Notes: a model not told the origin generated them from the sequence alone. Positions 26,190-39,971 are shown, counted from the stretch's first letter. The stretch is DNA of 64,000 nucleotides from Mobula hypostoma (GCF_963921235.1 NC_086097.1:81904001-81968000), one strand, 5' to 3'. Program-made: numbers and translations.

Positions 26190-27415
26190 CCATAAAACAG
26201 GCTTCATATCTGAGCTGACCATGAGGCAAAGCTAATTAAGCTCATCAGCCTGGATATATCTGTACCCCTCTGTTCCCTGCAAGTTCATATGTACGTCAAA
26301 AAGCCTCTTAATTTGTTGCTATTGCATCTACTTCTACTGCCTTGCCGTGCAGCGTGTCCCAGGTACCTCTCATTCTGCATCTTGAATTAATTTGTCTCAT
26401 AAATCTTTAATCTTACCCCTTCACATATTAAATCTATGCCTTTTCATGTCTGACATTTCCATCCTGGGAAACAAAAGACTCTGACAATCTACCCTTTCTC
26501 TGCTTCTGATATACCAACATCAGGTCATCCCCCTGGGCCTTTGATATTTCTGAGAAAACAATCCAAGTTTGTCCATTTCTCCTTATTGTTAATACTTTCC
26601 AATCCAGGCAACATCCTGGGGCACCTCTTCTGCATCCTCTCCAACGACTCCACAAACTTCACGTAGTACAGCAACTGGAACTGCACATAGCTCTCTAAAT
26701 GTGGCCTGAAGTTTTTTGTACAGCTGGAATATGACCTTTGCAACTTTCAGACTAAGTATCCCAACCAATGAAGGCAAACATGCTCTACACCATCATTTGT
26801 TGGATTCTGATGTTTTTGATCCAAGGTTCTTTCAGAAGTCAAGGATGAGACAAAATGTCTTGCTTCATGATTGTTTGATTAAGCACTAAGAGAACAAGGA
26901 GATTTAAAAGGACAGTAGCAGCCGAGAAGGTGATGGCAGGGAAGGAGAACAAAGAAGAAAAAGAAAGCCCACGTGCTCTGTTTTTATACCAGTTTCTGAT
27001 AGCAGGCATTCATTCAAATTTTATGATAAGAGTTAACCAATCAGATAGCCCCTATTCAATTAATGCAATACCCAAGGAGCTTCCAGAATAATACAAAGAA
27101 TGTAACCACTAGCAGACAAAACTGAACAATTGCATATGCGTAAGTAATTATATAAAATACAAAGTTAAACTGCAAAGAAAATAACAATTGTACAGTCTAA
27201 CCTAACAACTCCATGCATTTGCGTTGTTACTTTCAGGTAATTATGGGCACGGATCCCAAGATTCTTCTCTACATCAGTGTTGCTAGAATTCCTGCCATTT
27301 AGTTTATGGCTTTCTCTAGCATTTGACCTCCCAAAATGCAACACCTCACCCTTGCCTAGTTTAAATTTCAACTTCCATTGTTCTGCCCAAATTTCCAACT
27401 GATTTATATCCTGAT
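26190..27415 (-). mobile_element. Old CR1 fragment with a possible solo LTR (26798-27207) inserted
   Basis: RPHLESYVQF..ERMQKRCPRMLPGL and WAEQWKLKF..GKGEVLHFGR on either side of a TG..CA-bounded unrelated segment. Confidence 0.7.
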
Positions 27416-27539
27416 AACTGACAGATCTGATAAGGACTTCTGGTAAGATGTTGGCACGTTTAAACGCAACAGCCTCTCAGGGGCCAACCAAAGGTACACT
27501 TTTCTTTTTAAAATATATTTCTTTTTATCACATAACATA

Positions 27540-28036
27540 TAATATAACCATATAACAATTACAGCACAGAAACAGGCCATCTCGGCCCTCCTAGTCCATG
27601 CCGAACTCTTACTCTCACCTAGTCCTACCGACCTGCACTCAGCCCATAACCCTCCATTTCTTTCCTGTCCATATATCTATCCAATTTAACTTTAAACGAC
27701 AACATTGAACCTGCTTCAACCATTTCTGCTGGAAGCTCGTTCCATCCAGCTACCACTCTCTAAGTAAAGAAATTCCCCCTCATGTTACCTCTAAACTTTT
27801 GCCCTTTAACTTTCAATTCATGTCCTTTTGTTTGAATCTCCCCCACTCTCAATGGAAAAAGCCTATCCACGTCAACTCTATTTATTCCCCTCATAATTTT
27901 AAATACCTCTATCAAATCCCCCCTCAACCTTCTACGCTCCAAAGAGTAAAGACCCAACTTGTTCAAGCTTTCTCTGTAACTTAGGAGATGAAACCCAGGC
28001 AACATTCTAGTAAATCTCCTCTGTACTCTCTCAATT
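27540..28036 (-). mobile_element. CR1 3' end
   Basis: ERVQRRFTRMLPG..RGDLIEVFKI..NFFT; 3' UTR and short-repeat tail. Confidence 0.9.
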
Positions 28037-29859
28037 ATCATAAGATTATACTGGACTCCAAGAACAATGGGTACAGCAGTTTGTCAATCGCATCAGTGAT
28101 CTGTTCACTGTTTGGTGTGGTGCTGAAGGAACCGGCAGATAAATCAGAGAAGAGGCCAACGCTCGGCAGGAGAAGGAGAAGCCGGTGGAAGGGCCGGAGA
28201 AGGCTCGGAGGAGCTGACCTGGGTGCAGACCATGCTGCTGCCTGCTACTCGAAGACATCTGAGTTGGTGTGCAAAAGCAACATGCAATGTAATCACGAGT
28301 GACTGTCTTGGACATTTCTCTTGCAATCGGAAGACCCTGTTAGACATCGATAATGTCAGATGCTGCAGACCATTTTCCCTTGTTTGGTGGAAAGACAGGC
28401 AAAGAGGCAGCAATGTGGCTTCAGTTGTAGCGAGGACCAGGCCACATGCAAGTTTGCCTGCTGCTGCAGCCCAGGTGAGGTGACACTGGAGGCAGTGTAG
28501 TGTGGTGTCCATGCTTTCCTCTCCCGTCAGTGCTACCCTCCAGTGTTCAAGTAGTGGAATGACAGACTGGATTGGTGGGAGCTGCACCATCAATTTGTAT
28601 GCCACTCAGGGACTTGGACTATACATGTGTTTTCTTTTGTAATGATGTGGCAATGCTTTCTTTCTCTCTCACTATTTTGAATGTATGTTATGCACCTTGG
28701 CCCCAGAGGAATACTGTCTAGTTCGACTGTATCCATGTATGGTCTGAATGATAATTAAACTTGATCTGATTTGATCTGATCCTGCTATATCCCCCAATAG
28801 CCTTTCCACAACTCTGCCAATCCTCATATGGTTCATAAGCTTATCAATCAGATCATCTATATTTTCATCCATATTTTTTCTATACATCTCAAAGTAGAAA
28901 CCACCCACTATCTAGACTTGCAAACCATAATGTCCACCTGTTAGTACTTAACGTTCCCAGATGTCGAGGGTTTGAATATCCTGAAACTGCACACACCCTG
29001 AGGGTTCTCAAAGGGGGTTATCGCACTATTCAAACCTTTCGCCTAGCTGTCAAAGGTTTTCAAATTAGTATTCACATGTTTGCTGGAGCATTCTTGATGG
29101 TATGAGATTTTGGTCCACTGGCAAGAAGATCCAGACCAATGGAAACCTGTTATGCTCCACCTTGCTACTATCCACTCCACTTATAAGATGATAATAAACT
29201 TCTGACACAATCTGCAATTATCCAGAATTCTTCTCTAAGATGTAATCATTTGTCTTAAACTGCTTTGTAATCCTCAAAAAAATTCCATTTTTAATTTAAG
29301 TTTCTATTAGTCTGGTTAAGGGTGTTGGAAACCACTGTTTTTTAAATAATACTTTTTATAAGATTTTTTAAAAAAGCAAACTCATGTATTTTTCACATTC
29401 ACTGGCAGAAAGCGATATAGCAGCTAAACTAACGGTTTATCACCTTTCTCATTTTTCATTGACTAAGTATTAGTATATTACCCATATGATGTAATTGTTT
29501 TAATTATGTAGCCTATTAACTAACTCATTCCAATCTAAAGAATTTCTTTTACTTTATCTATAAAAGTGATAGCTTTTTCCGAGGCACCATCTTGGTTTCT
29601 TTTTTGCTTTGTTTTGCACCCCCTTAGCATTACTACTTGGCCGTTTATTTACTTTGTTCAGTATGTATGTGTTTGTTTGTACTCTAAAATAAACTGAAAT
29701 CTTGGAATAAAGATTGCTGTTTCATGGAAGAGCCCCAAAAATAAACAGAGATCCTACAGGAGCAACAGAAATTTGGCACTGAAAATGACCAAAGTGCGCG
29801 CAAAGAATTTTTTAGAACTGTAAGGTACAAAAAAAAACAGTTTCTGGAAATCTAAGTAA

Positions 29860-30700
29860 TAGAGAATGCTGGAACCTCTGGGCAGGTAAGGCAGCTTCTA
29901 TGGAAGGGGTGAACTGCACAAATACCACATTGCTGATCTATCTTCAGGCCTAGCCAATTCTAATATAACCAAGAAAGGTTGGTACATCAAATTTTGTGGA
30001 ATTTAGTGTCGAGACCCAAGTGTTGAAATGGCTGTTAGATAAGATATGGTTCTTTAAACCTGTGTTGGGCTTCACTGGAATAGTGTAAGGGGTTAAAGAC
30101 AGTGTGATTGGAAAGGGAGTGTGTCAGAGATATTGGAAGCTGACAATCAATCTTACAGAATGGACAGATATCTCCTGCAAAGTAATCACTATACCAGCAT
30201 TTGGTTTCTCCGGCGTAGAGGAGACCGCATCATGAGTACTGAGCGCAGTAACAAAACTGAAAGAAATGTAAGTAAATTGTTGTTTCACTTGGAAGGACTA
30301 TTTAGTTTTCTGGATGGTAAAAAAGGAAGGGATGAAAGAGGAGCTGTTGCACCTCATCTGGTTACTTAGGAAGGTGCTGCCGGAAGGGACATTGATTGGT
30401 GGAGATGGAAGTGTGTAACAGGGAATCACAGAGAGAACAGACCATTTAAATCAATGAAAGAGGATATATAGGAAGATACATCTGCAGATGGAATCACATT
30501 GAAGGTGCCAGGCAATTATGAGAGCGTTGATGGGGCAGATAGTTGGACGTAGAGAGCCCTTGCCGTGCTCTGAGTGGGCATGAGGTCAGAAATGTGGTAA
30601 GTTGTCAGACATCACTGAGAGTTATGTCAGGTATGGTGGAGGAAAAATATAGTTAAGGATACAGATTTAATTTCTGAAGTACTCATGTGGAACGTGCTGT
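29860..30700 (-). mobile_element. Old Penelope-like fragments
   Basis: AATGCTGGAA..AGGCAGC pLTR remnant; degraded GIY-YIG region (TTGGTTTCTCCGGCGTAGAGG). Confidence 0.55.
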
Positions 30701-31718
30701 CAGTTGAAGAGATACGATAGAGCTGAACTAACATTGCCATTATTATTTAAAATATACAGTTCTCAGGGTGTATGTTTCTTTCACGGGCTTTTCCATTGAG
30801 ATAGCAAATATCAGAACTGGTGTTTATCCTAAATTTACACGTATAGCAAGCCCTTGCATCTGTAGGTGAAACTGAATAACAGGCAGCTAACAAAGTTATG
30901 TTAGGTTCAGGAGAGCTACAGCAACCTTCTACTGTATTCTTCCAATTGGCTGCAGCTGATATTGGGCACCCCTGAAGCCATGATTTGAATCGTCTTTGTC
31001 ATCTCCTACAATTCAAATCTGCTCTGTCACATGAAAGAAATCAGTGTGAAAAGGAATGGAAAAGGGTTAGACAGTTCCAGTCAGAGCAAAAACAAATATT
31101 AGTCAAGGCAAAATCAGATATATGAAGCCCAGAACAGGAGAAGAATGGCAGCAGAGAATAGAATAAAATAAGCACAAGAAACTAGAAAACAGAAAATAAA
31201 AATATAATAGTTGCATGTTAATCAACAGTGATCCACAATCACAGGAAATTAACGTCATCAAATTTAAAGGAAATTTTAACTACTTATGATGTATTTACTA
31301 ATCTGGCAAAATCTAAATTACATGTTTAACTATTTATCTGCGAATGAAATAGCATCAGGGATCCAAAGGAGACAATGTTCAGGATGATCACATCAGCCCT
31401 GGGCAACAAGATGGAGACCATCCTCAATATTTTTATAAGTGGATATAATGTTCCTTTCAGGAAGTCGTTTGAGCTGCTGGAAATCTGTAAAAGAGTGGTG
31501 TAAATAAGCATATGGTTACAATTCTTAGAATTTAAAAAAATTCTTTCTAAGTTACTCACTTCACCTACTTTTCATAAGCCATTCCTTGGGGTCACGGGGC
31601 AACTTTCTTCTGCTCCAAGTGTGTGGTATCTGAGGTAGCTGGTGGGTTCGACACAGGATCTGCATACTGTTCCTTGACTAGGACAGGTGGTCCTTGATTA
31701 GACCAAAAGTAATGAGTT

Positions 31719-32695
31719 AGACCATAAGACACAGGAACAGAAAAAGGCCATTCAGCCCATCGTGTCTGCTCCACCATTCCATCATGGCTGCTCCCAGATC
31801 CCACTCCACTCCATACACCTGCCATCTCACCGTATCCTTTGATGCCCTGATCGATCAGGAAATGATCAACTCCTGCCTTAAATATACCCACAGACTTTAC
31901 CTCCACAGCAGTCTGTGGAAGAGCATTCCTCAGATTCACTACACTCTGGCTAAAAAATTCCTCCTTAACTCTGTTTTAAAAGGTCGCCCCTCAATTTTGA
32001 GGCTGTGCCCTCTAGTTCTAGATACCCCCATCAAAGGAAACGTCCTCTCCACACCTACCCTACCTAGCCCTTTCAATATTCGGAAAGCTTCAATGAGATC
32101 CCCATGCATTCTTCTAAATTCCAGTGAGTACAGGCTCAAAGCTGCCAAACGCTCCTTTCATTCATTCCTGGAATCAATCCCATGAACCTCCTCTGGACTC
32201 TCTCCAATGACAACACATCCTTTCTGAGATATCATGCCCAAAACAGTTGACAATACTCCAAGTGTGGCCTGACTATAATAAATCCTCAGCATTAACTCCT
32301 TGCTTTTATATTCTACTCCCCTTGAAATGAATGCCAACATTGCATTTACCTTCTTTACCACAGACTCAACCTATGATTTAACCTTTCGGGTGTCTTGTAC
32401 AAGGACTCCCAAGTCCCTCTGCACTTCTGATATTTGAACTTTCTCCCCATTGAGGTAATAACACACTGTTGTTCCTTTTACCAAAATGCATTATCATACA
32501 TTTCCCACTGGATTCCGTCTACCACTGTTTGGCCCATTCTTCTAATCTGCCTAAGTCCCGTTGCAATCACATTATTTCTTCAGCACCAGCTACTCTTCCA
32601 CTTATTTTTGTATCATTCACAAACTTTGCCTCAAAGCCATCAATTCTGTTAAGCAAATCATTGACAAACAAGGTGAAAAGGAGTGGTCCCAACTC
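31719..32695 (-). mobile_element. CR1 3' portion
   Basis: LYSLEFRRMHGDLIEAFRI; NAMLAFISRGVEYKSK; tail. Confidence 0.88.
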
Positions 32696-33764
32696 TATAA
32701 ATTTGTTTCAAATTATTAGACTTATGGAAAACACTAAGTGCATCAAAAAATAAAGCTCCCTGGATAAAACTAACCATCCAACTGACTGCTTTAATTTCAT
32801 TATAAAAATGCTAATACAAAATCAAAATAAAATAATCAGATGAAAATTTCACTCTGTAAAAATCACATTCATGTTCTTTAGATTATATTCTAATATTTCA
32901 TTAATAAGGTACAATATTTTGAGAAAGAAGATAATGCTTATGTTATATGAAAGGAAAGTAAAACTTAGGTGGATAGTATGGGATAGAAACTTAGAAATAT
33001 AGAACACTTACAGCACAATACAGGCCCTTCAGCCCACAAAGTTGTGCCGAACATGTCCCTACCTCAGCAATTACTAGGCTTACCTACAGCCCTCTATTTT
33101 TCTAAGCTCCATGTACCTATCCAAAAGTCTCTTAAAAGACCCTATAGTCTCTGCCTCCATCACCATTGCCAGCAGCCCATTCCACGCACTCACCACTCTC
33201 TGAGTAAAAAACTTACTCCTGACATCTCCTCTGTACCTACTCCCCAGCATCTTAAAACTGTGTCCTCTTGTGGCAACCATTTCAGCCCTGGGAAGAAGCC
33301 TCTGACTATCCACATGATCAAAGCCTCTCATCACCTTATATACCTCTATCAGGTCACCTCTCATCCTCCGTTGCTCCAAGGAGAAAAAGCCGAGTTCACT
33401 CAACCTATTCTCATAAGGCATACTCCCCAATCCAGGCAACATCCTTGTAAATCTCCTCTGCACCCTTTCTATGGCTTCCACATCCTTCCTGTAGTGAGGC
33501 AACCAGAACTGAGCACAGTACTCCACGTGGGGTCTGACCAGGGTCCTACATAGCTGCAACATTACCTCTCAGCTCCTAAATTCAATTTCACGATTGATGA
33601 AGGCCAATACACCATACGCCTTCTTAACCACAGAAGCTGCTTTGAGCGTCCTATGGACTTGGACCCCAGGATCCCTCTTATCCTCCACACTGCCAAGAGT
33701 CTTACCATTCATACTATATTCTGCCATTATATTTCACCTACCAAAATGAACTACTTCACACTTA

Positions 33765-33983
33765 AACAACAGGAATTCTGCAGATGCTGGAAATTCAAGC
33801 AACATACATCAAAGTTGCTGGTGAACGCAGCAGGCCAAGCAGCATCTATAGGAAGAGGTACAGTCGACGTTGCAGGCCGAGACCCTTCGTCAGGACGAAG
33901 GGTCTCGGCCTGCAACGTCGACTGTACCTCTTCCTATAGATGTTGCTTGGCCTGCTGCGTTCACCAGCAACTTTGATGTATGT
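33765..33983. mobile_element. Fold-back Penelope pLTR insertion (91-bp arms)
   Basis: Arms 33801-33891 and 33894-33984 with 1 mismatch; 13-bp TSD TACTTCACACTTA (33752-33764, 33984-33996). Confidence 0.92.
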
Positions 33984-36214
33984 TACTTCACACTTATCTG
34001 GGTTGAACTCCATCTGCCACTTCTCAGCCCAGTTTTGTATTCTATCAATGTCCCACTGTAACCTCTGACAGCCCTCCACACTATCCACAACACCTCCAAC
34101 CTTTGTGTCGTCAGCAAACTTACTAACCCATCCCTCCACTTCTTCATCCAGGTCATTTATAAAAATCACAAACAGTAGGAGTCCCAGAACGGATCCCCAA
34201 GGCATTTCACTGGTGACCAACCTCCATGCAGAATATGACCCGTATACAAACACTCTTTGCCTTCTGTGGGCAAGCCAGTTCCGGATCCACAAAGCAATGT
34301 CCCCTTGGGTTCCATGCCTCCTTATTTTCTCAATAAGCCTTGCATGGCTTGCCTCCTTACTTTCTAAATAAGCCTTATCAAATGCCTTGCTGAAATCCAT
34401 AAACATTACATCTACTGCTCTTCCTTCATCAATGTGTTTAGTCACATCCTCAAAAAATTCAATCAGGCTCGTAAGGCACAACCTGCCCTTGACAAAGCCA
34501 TGCTGACTATTCCTAATCATTTATACCTCTCCGAATCTTCATAAATCCTGCCTCTCAGGATCTTTTCCATCAACTTATCAACCACTGAGGTAGGACTCAC
34601 TGGTCTATAATTTCCTGGGCTATCTCTACTCCATTTCCTGAATAAAGGAACAATATCTGCAATCCTTCAATCCTCCGGAACCTCTCTCGTCCCCATTGAT
34701 GATTCTAAGATCATCGCCAGAGGCTCAGCAATCTCCTCCCTCTCCTTCCACAGTAGCCCGGGTAACATCTCCTCTGGTCCCGGCGACTTATCCAAGGGGC
34801 ACATTCTCTTTCTTAATATCTACATGCTCAAGCTTTTCAGTCTGCTGCAAGTCATCACTTCAATCACCAAGATCCTTTTCCATAGTGAATACTAAAGTAA
34901 AGTATTCATTAAGTACCTCTGCTATTTCCTCCAGTTCCATACATACATTCCCACTGTCACACTTGATTGGTCCTATTCTTTTCATCTTATCCTCTTGCTC
35001 TTCACGTACTTGTAGAATGCCTTGGGATTTTCCTTAATCCTGCCTACCAAGGCATTCTCATGGCCCCTTCTGGCTCTCCTAATTTCCTTCTTAAGCTCCA
35101 TCCTATTAGCCTTATTATTTTCTAGATCTCTAACATTACCTAGCTCTCTGAACCTTTTGTAAGCTTTTCTTTTCTTCCTGACTAGATTTATTACAGCCTT
35201 TGTACACCACGGTTCCTGTACCCTACCATAAATTCTCTAAATTCTCTGTCTCATTGGAACGTACCTATGCAGAATGCCACACAAATATCCCCTGAACATT
35301 TGCCACATTTCTTCCGTACTTTTCCCTGAGAACATCTGCTTCCAATTTAAGCTTCCAATTTCCTGCCTGAGAGCCTCATAATTCCCCTTACTCCAATTAA
35401 ACACTTTTCTAACTTGTCTGTTCTTATCTCTCTACAATGCTATTGTAAAGGAGATAGAATTATGATCACTATCTCCAAAACGCTCTCCCACTGAGAGGTC
35501 TGACACCTGACCAGGTTCATTTCCCAGTACCAAATCAAGTACAGCCTCTCCTCTTGTAGGCTTATCTACATACTGTGTTAAGAATCCTTCCTGAACACAC
35601 CTAACAAACTCCATCCCATCCAAACCCCTCGCTCTAGGGAGATGCCAATCGATATTTGGGAAATTAAAATCTCCCATCACGACAACTCTTACACCTTTCC
35701 AGGATCTGTTTCCCTATCTGCTCCTTGATATCCCTGTTACTATTGGGCAGCCTATTAAAAACACCCAGTAAAGTTATTGACCCCTTCCTGTTCCTAACCT
35801 CCACCCACAGAGACTCCATTGACAATCCCTCCATGGCGTCCACCTTTTCTGCAGCCGTGACACTATCTCTGATCAACAGTGCTATGCCCCCACCTCTTTT
35901 GCCTCCCTCCCTGTCCTTTCTGAAACATCTAAAACCCGGCACTTGAAGTAACCATTCCTGTCCCTGAGCCATCCAAGTCTCTGTAATGGCCACCACATCA
36001 TATCTCCAAGTACTGTACCACGCCCTAAGCTCATCCGTTTTGTTCACAACACTCCTTGCATTAAAATAGACGCATCTCAAACCTTTGGTTTGAGCGCGTC
36101 CCTTCTCTATCACCTGCCTATCCTCCCTCTCGCACTGTCTCCAAGCTTTCTCTATTTGTGAGCCAACCGCCTCTTCCCCAGTCTCTTCAGTTCGGTTCCC
36201 ACCCCCCAACAATT

Positions 36215-37210
36215 CTAGTTTAAACTCTCCCCAATAGACTTAGCAAACCTCCCCTCCAGGATATTGGTCCCCCTCAGATTCAAGTGCAACCCGTCCTTTT
36301 TGTACAGGTCACTCCTGCCCCAAAAGGGGTCCAAATGATCCAGAAATCTGAATCCCTGCTCCCTGCTCCAATCCCTCAGCCACACATTTATCCTCCACCT
36401 CATTCTATTCCTATTCTCACTATCGCATGGCACAGGCAGTAATCCCGAGATGACTGCCTTTGCAGTCCTGCTTCTCAACTTCCTTCCTAACTCCCTGTAG
36501 TCTTTTTTCAGGACCTCTTCCCTTTTCCTACCTATGTCATTGGTACCAATATGTACCATGACCTCTGGCTGTTCTCCCTCCCACTGCAGGATATCTTGGA
36601 CAAGATCTGAAACATCCCAGACCCTGGCACCTGGGAGGCAAACTACCATCCGACTTTCTTTCCTGCGTCTACAGAATTGCCTGTCTGACCCCCTAATTAT
36701 AGAGTCCCCTATCATTACTGCCTTCCTCTTCCTTTCCCTACCCTTCTGAGCCATAGGGCCAGAGTCTGTGCCAGGGACATGGCCACTGTCACTTCCCCCA
36801 GGTAGGCTGTCCACCCCAACAGTACTCAAACAGGAGTACTTACTGTCAAGGGGTACAACCACAGGGGTACTGTCTAGTACCTGACTCTTCCCCTTCCCCC
36901 TCCTCACTGTGACCCACTTGTCTGTCTCCCGTGGCCCCGGTGTGACCACCTGCCTATAACTCCTCTCTATCACCTCCTCGCTCTCCCTGACCTGGCGAAG
37001 GTTATCGAGCTGCATCTCCAGTTCCCTAACTTGGTCCCTTATGAGCTGCAGCTCGACACACCTGGTGCAGATATGGCCGTCAGGAGGCTGGGAGGCTCCA
37101 GGACCTCCCACATCTGACACAGAGCACAGAAAATTGGCCTCACACACATACCTCCTCCTTTCCACAAATAGCACCAGTAAATCTACCTCGCCTCGTCCCG
37201 TTACTGCCAA
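36215..37210 (-). CDS. CR1 ORF1 protein with SGNH/GDSL esterase domain (start uncertain)
   Basis: Open 331-codon frame: CTRC plus coiled coil, then IGDSIIRG, CLPGARV, VHIGTND, DGLHLN. Confidence 0.85.
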   Translation of the reverse strand: MAVTGRGEVDLLVLFVERRRYVCEANFLCSVSDVGGPGASQPPDGHICTRCVELQLIRDQVRELEMQLDNLRQVRESEEVIERSYRQVVTPGPRETDKWVTVRRGKGKSQVLDSTPVVVPLDSKYSCLSTVGVDSLPGGSDSGHVPGTDSGPMAQKGRERKRKAVMIGDSIIRGSDRQFCRRRKESRMVVCLPGARVWDVSDLVQDILQWEGEQPEVMVHIGTNDIGRKREEVLKKDYRELGRKLRSRTAKAVISGLLPVPCDSENRNRMRWRINVWLRDWSREQGFRFLDHLDPFWGRSDLYKKDGLHLNLRGTNILEGRFAKSIGESLN

Positions 37211-37724
37211 AGCCCATTGAGCCGAAGCCCTATCACTCTGCTGCCTCTCACTCCGCTGCCCGCTGGATATGGCGGTCTTCTTTTTAAACCTTTTGCGCTC
37301 TACTGGCTGACGTCACACGCCTGCGCAGTCTTGCCTCTCTTTTACTCTGAGTGGTAAAAACGGCCTTTGTTCCGAAAATCAGCCGTTCACTTGCAGCCTT
37401 CTTGCTCTGATGTTGTGAGTTCCTTCTGCTAATTGTACTTGATCTCCATAACCATGTTTCACCAAGACTTGAAGTCATCCATGCCTTCCTGGGTGCTCCT
37501 TCTCCATTTTGATCAGTCGAAGGATTGATTGCCTTGTGTCAGCAAGGATGTGACATCTTCAAAATGGCTTTGATATCACCCTCAAACTGTTTTTCCATTC
37601 TTCTAGCTAATGCCTTGTCATAACTGTGGCCAGCGCAGTGAATCTGTCCGAGCATGGTCAGAGTCTTGATGCTGAGAGAGGAAGTTGCTTCATCTATCCT
37701 GACAATGGATTTGGAAAACTTTGC

Positions 37725-37972
37725 TGTTACATTTTGAAACTCTGAAAAATAAAATTAGTTGAAAGGAAAAGAAGGGAGTCTGAAATGCAGGTCTAACTTC
37801 ATGTTTACTTTACGCAAGATGTGTAAATTTCACATGGTAGTGTCATGACGTATGCAATTCATTGAACTTTACAAATAAGCCATAATGAATTATTTAAACA
37901 AACAAGAATGTTTAATCAAACAATATATTTACAATATTACTCAAATACTACTGAAATATTAAATACACAACA
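37725..37972 (-). mobile_element. Solo Gypsy LTR (same family as 49432-49667)
   Basis: TG..CA ends, 5-bp TSD TTTGC; its reverse complement shares a 35-nt exact block ATTTGAGTAATATTGTAAATATATTGTTTGATTAA with the LTR at 49432. Confidence 0.92.
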
Positions 37973-39144
37973 TTTGCAAAGACAACATTAATGATATCCC
38001 ACCAGTGCTGTAGTTATCTGCTGCAGGCAGTCCATGTTTCTGAAGAAAACAGTAGGTTAACTGCTGTCTAGTAGATGCTTCCTTTTGTCTAGTTTGAAGC
38101 CCTGGTCTCCAACACTTCTTCCCTCAGATATGGTGTAATTCTGCTCCTGTATCTTACAGTCTTATGACCAAAGGCTGTACTGATATTCTAAAGACAATGG
38201 TGGATCTTACCATCACTGTCCATTTCGTTGGTGCTGAGTCCATTGTCCCAGGTCCTCTCTCTGTGCTTTGTGCACTCAGGGTAAATGACAAAGAAGGCAG
38301 CTGTGGAAGTTAAGATAAACATTTTGGTGTCCACGACTCTGCATGCTGGTGTAATTTCTATATAAGCAACACTCGAAAAGAGAGATCAGCCAGAATTAAT
38401 TACAGCTCCAAACATGTCACTATTTGTTACACACCATTTTACCCAATTTAAGTGAACTCCAAAAATACATCTTCCAAATCACAGGACTTCTCTACAAAAT
38501 CTATTAGGTAATACACCATCAGTTATGGCAAGTTAATCTTAAAATTCGCAAATGCTATGTTCACACATGCTACGAGATGTCAGTATGATAAATGGAGAAT
38601 GACTGAACAATGTTGATGATTTTCCTTCTTACCTTGTGAATTACAGATATGCGCAAGCTCAAGCAATTACAGAATTTTACAGCAAAGACGAATGTCATTG
38701 TGTTTGTATTGGCTCTGTGGAAAAGCTCTCCAATTGAGACACTTACAGTTCTGTCCCCACTGCAAGTCCACTCCCCCCCCCCATGTGAAAGTATGACAAT
38801 ATGACAATTAGTCATGGTGTGAAAGGTTATGGGGAGAAGGCAGAAGAATGAGATGAGAGGGAAATTCAAATGACGGAGAATACTTGATGGGCTGAATGGC
38901 CCAATTCTTCTCCTATCTCTTATGGTCTTATGGTCTTATATCCTTTCAGATCAGTTTTAGAATTTGCTTTCACTTCCCTTTCAATAATTGCATTCCAGAC
39001 CACACATTCTATATCAAAGATGTCACAAGAACACAATAAAATAAGAGAATGAGCAGGTCATTTGGCCCCTCAAAGCTGCTTTATCATTCAATATGACTAA
39101 AACTGATCCATGTAGGCCCAAATCCTCTTGTGCCCCGTAGTCGT

Positions 39145-39440
39145 CCTTTCAATGGGTACATTTAATGTCAGAGAAATGTATACAATATACATCCCGAAAT
39201 TATTCTTCTTCAGACATCCACAAAAACACAGGAGTGTTCCAAAAAATGAATGACAGGTAAAACGTTAGAACCCCAAACCTCCCCACAACTTCCCCTCCCA
39301 GGCACAAGCAGCAGCAAGGCAACAAACCCCCCCCCAACATCTATCGAGCACTCAAGTGTGCCGCAAAGCATCAATAAAGACACAAACCTGCAGTTCCGCA
39401 AAAACTACTTATTCACCCGATAATTCGACATAGCGCAGGC

Positions 39441-39481
<41 letters not shown>

Positions 39482-39808
39482 AACCCACTGCTCCCGATGT
39501 TCTGTGTTCTCCAGCAACGCTCCGGTCAGGGGCACCAGCCTAGAATCAGCACGTCCTCAGAGCCACGAAATCCCGGAAACCTGAAGGCGTGTTCGTCTTC
39601 CCGGCCGCATCCTTGGGATGTCAAAAAGCAGCCAGTCATGAGGCCCTGAGAGCGGGTCCCATTCCCACAAAGAACCGAAGTCAGAGTGTAACTTCAGGTC
39701 AGAGTCTTCAAAAGAACCTTGAAAAGGAAAAAAAAGGAGATACCAAAGAGAGAAATAAAGCTGTTTCTGAAGTTGCAAGCAAAGGAGTTGCCGTTTAATG
39801 CCATCTTC
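39145..39808 (-). mobile_element. Second AAGATGGC-headed non-coding retroelement, with (CT)n tract
   Basis: Minus strand begins AAGATGGCA; ends in a LINE-like tail TCTCTGACATTAAATGTACC; single copy in the window. Confidence 0.5.
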
Positions 39809-39971
39809 CTCTTCTTTAAATACCACCAGAGATCCATCCTCCACAACTTCCAGAGTAGAGGATTCCAGAGATTCACCACCCTCTGCAAGAAATTCTTCAG
39901 CACCTCAGCTTTTAATGAACACCCTTTATCTTGCAAATACATGTCCCTTTGGGCCCCTCTCATTTGAGGAA

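Larger units (their letters stand above)
32983..37408 (-). mobile_element. Near full-length decayed CR1 LINE (5' UTR, ORF1, APE-RT ORF2, 3' tail)
   Basis: ORF1 36215..37210; APE YFNARS..VAITETW..MGDFNFP..LDLV..SDH; RT DFSKAFD..KFADD; (TTCTA(T)G)n-like tail; frameshifts and stops present. Confidence 0.95.

Noticed and set aside
28050..28745. GC-richer segment with several ORFs and a LINE-like tail
   Set aside because: Probably another non-autonomous retroelement, but it is single-copy here and the peptides are unrecognisable, so I left it uncalled.
33846..34520. Novel RT fusion ORF (224 aa)
   Set aside because: CR1 RT reading by chance into the inserted Penelope hairpin.
37545..37742. Apparent minus-strand terminal exon (TTTTCAG acceptor, ~66 open codons FQNVTAKF..SHPC*)
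   Set aside because: The acceptor and first codons lie inside the solo LTR 37725-37972, and the peptide is unrecognisable.
38160..38280. AG..GT-bounded open 121-nt segment (LMTKGCTDILK..)
   Set aside because: No recognisable protein and no partner exons; expected by chance. Similar candidates near 38633-38716(-) and 51495-51568(-) were rejected for the same reason.
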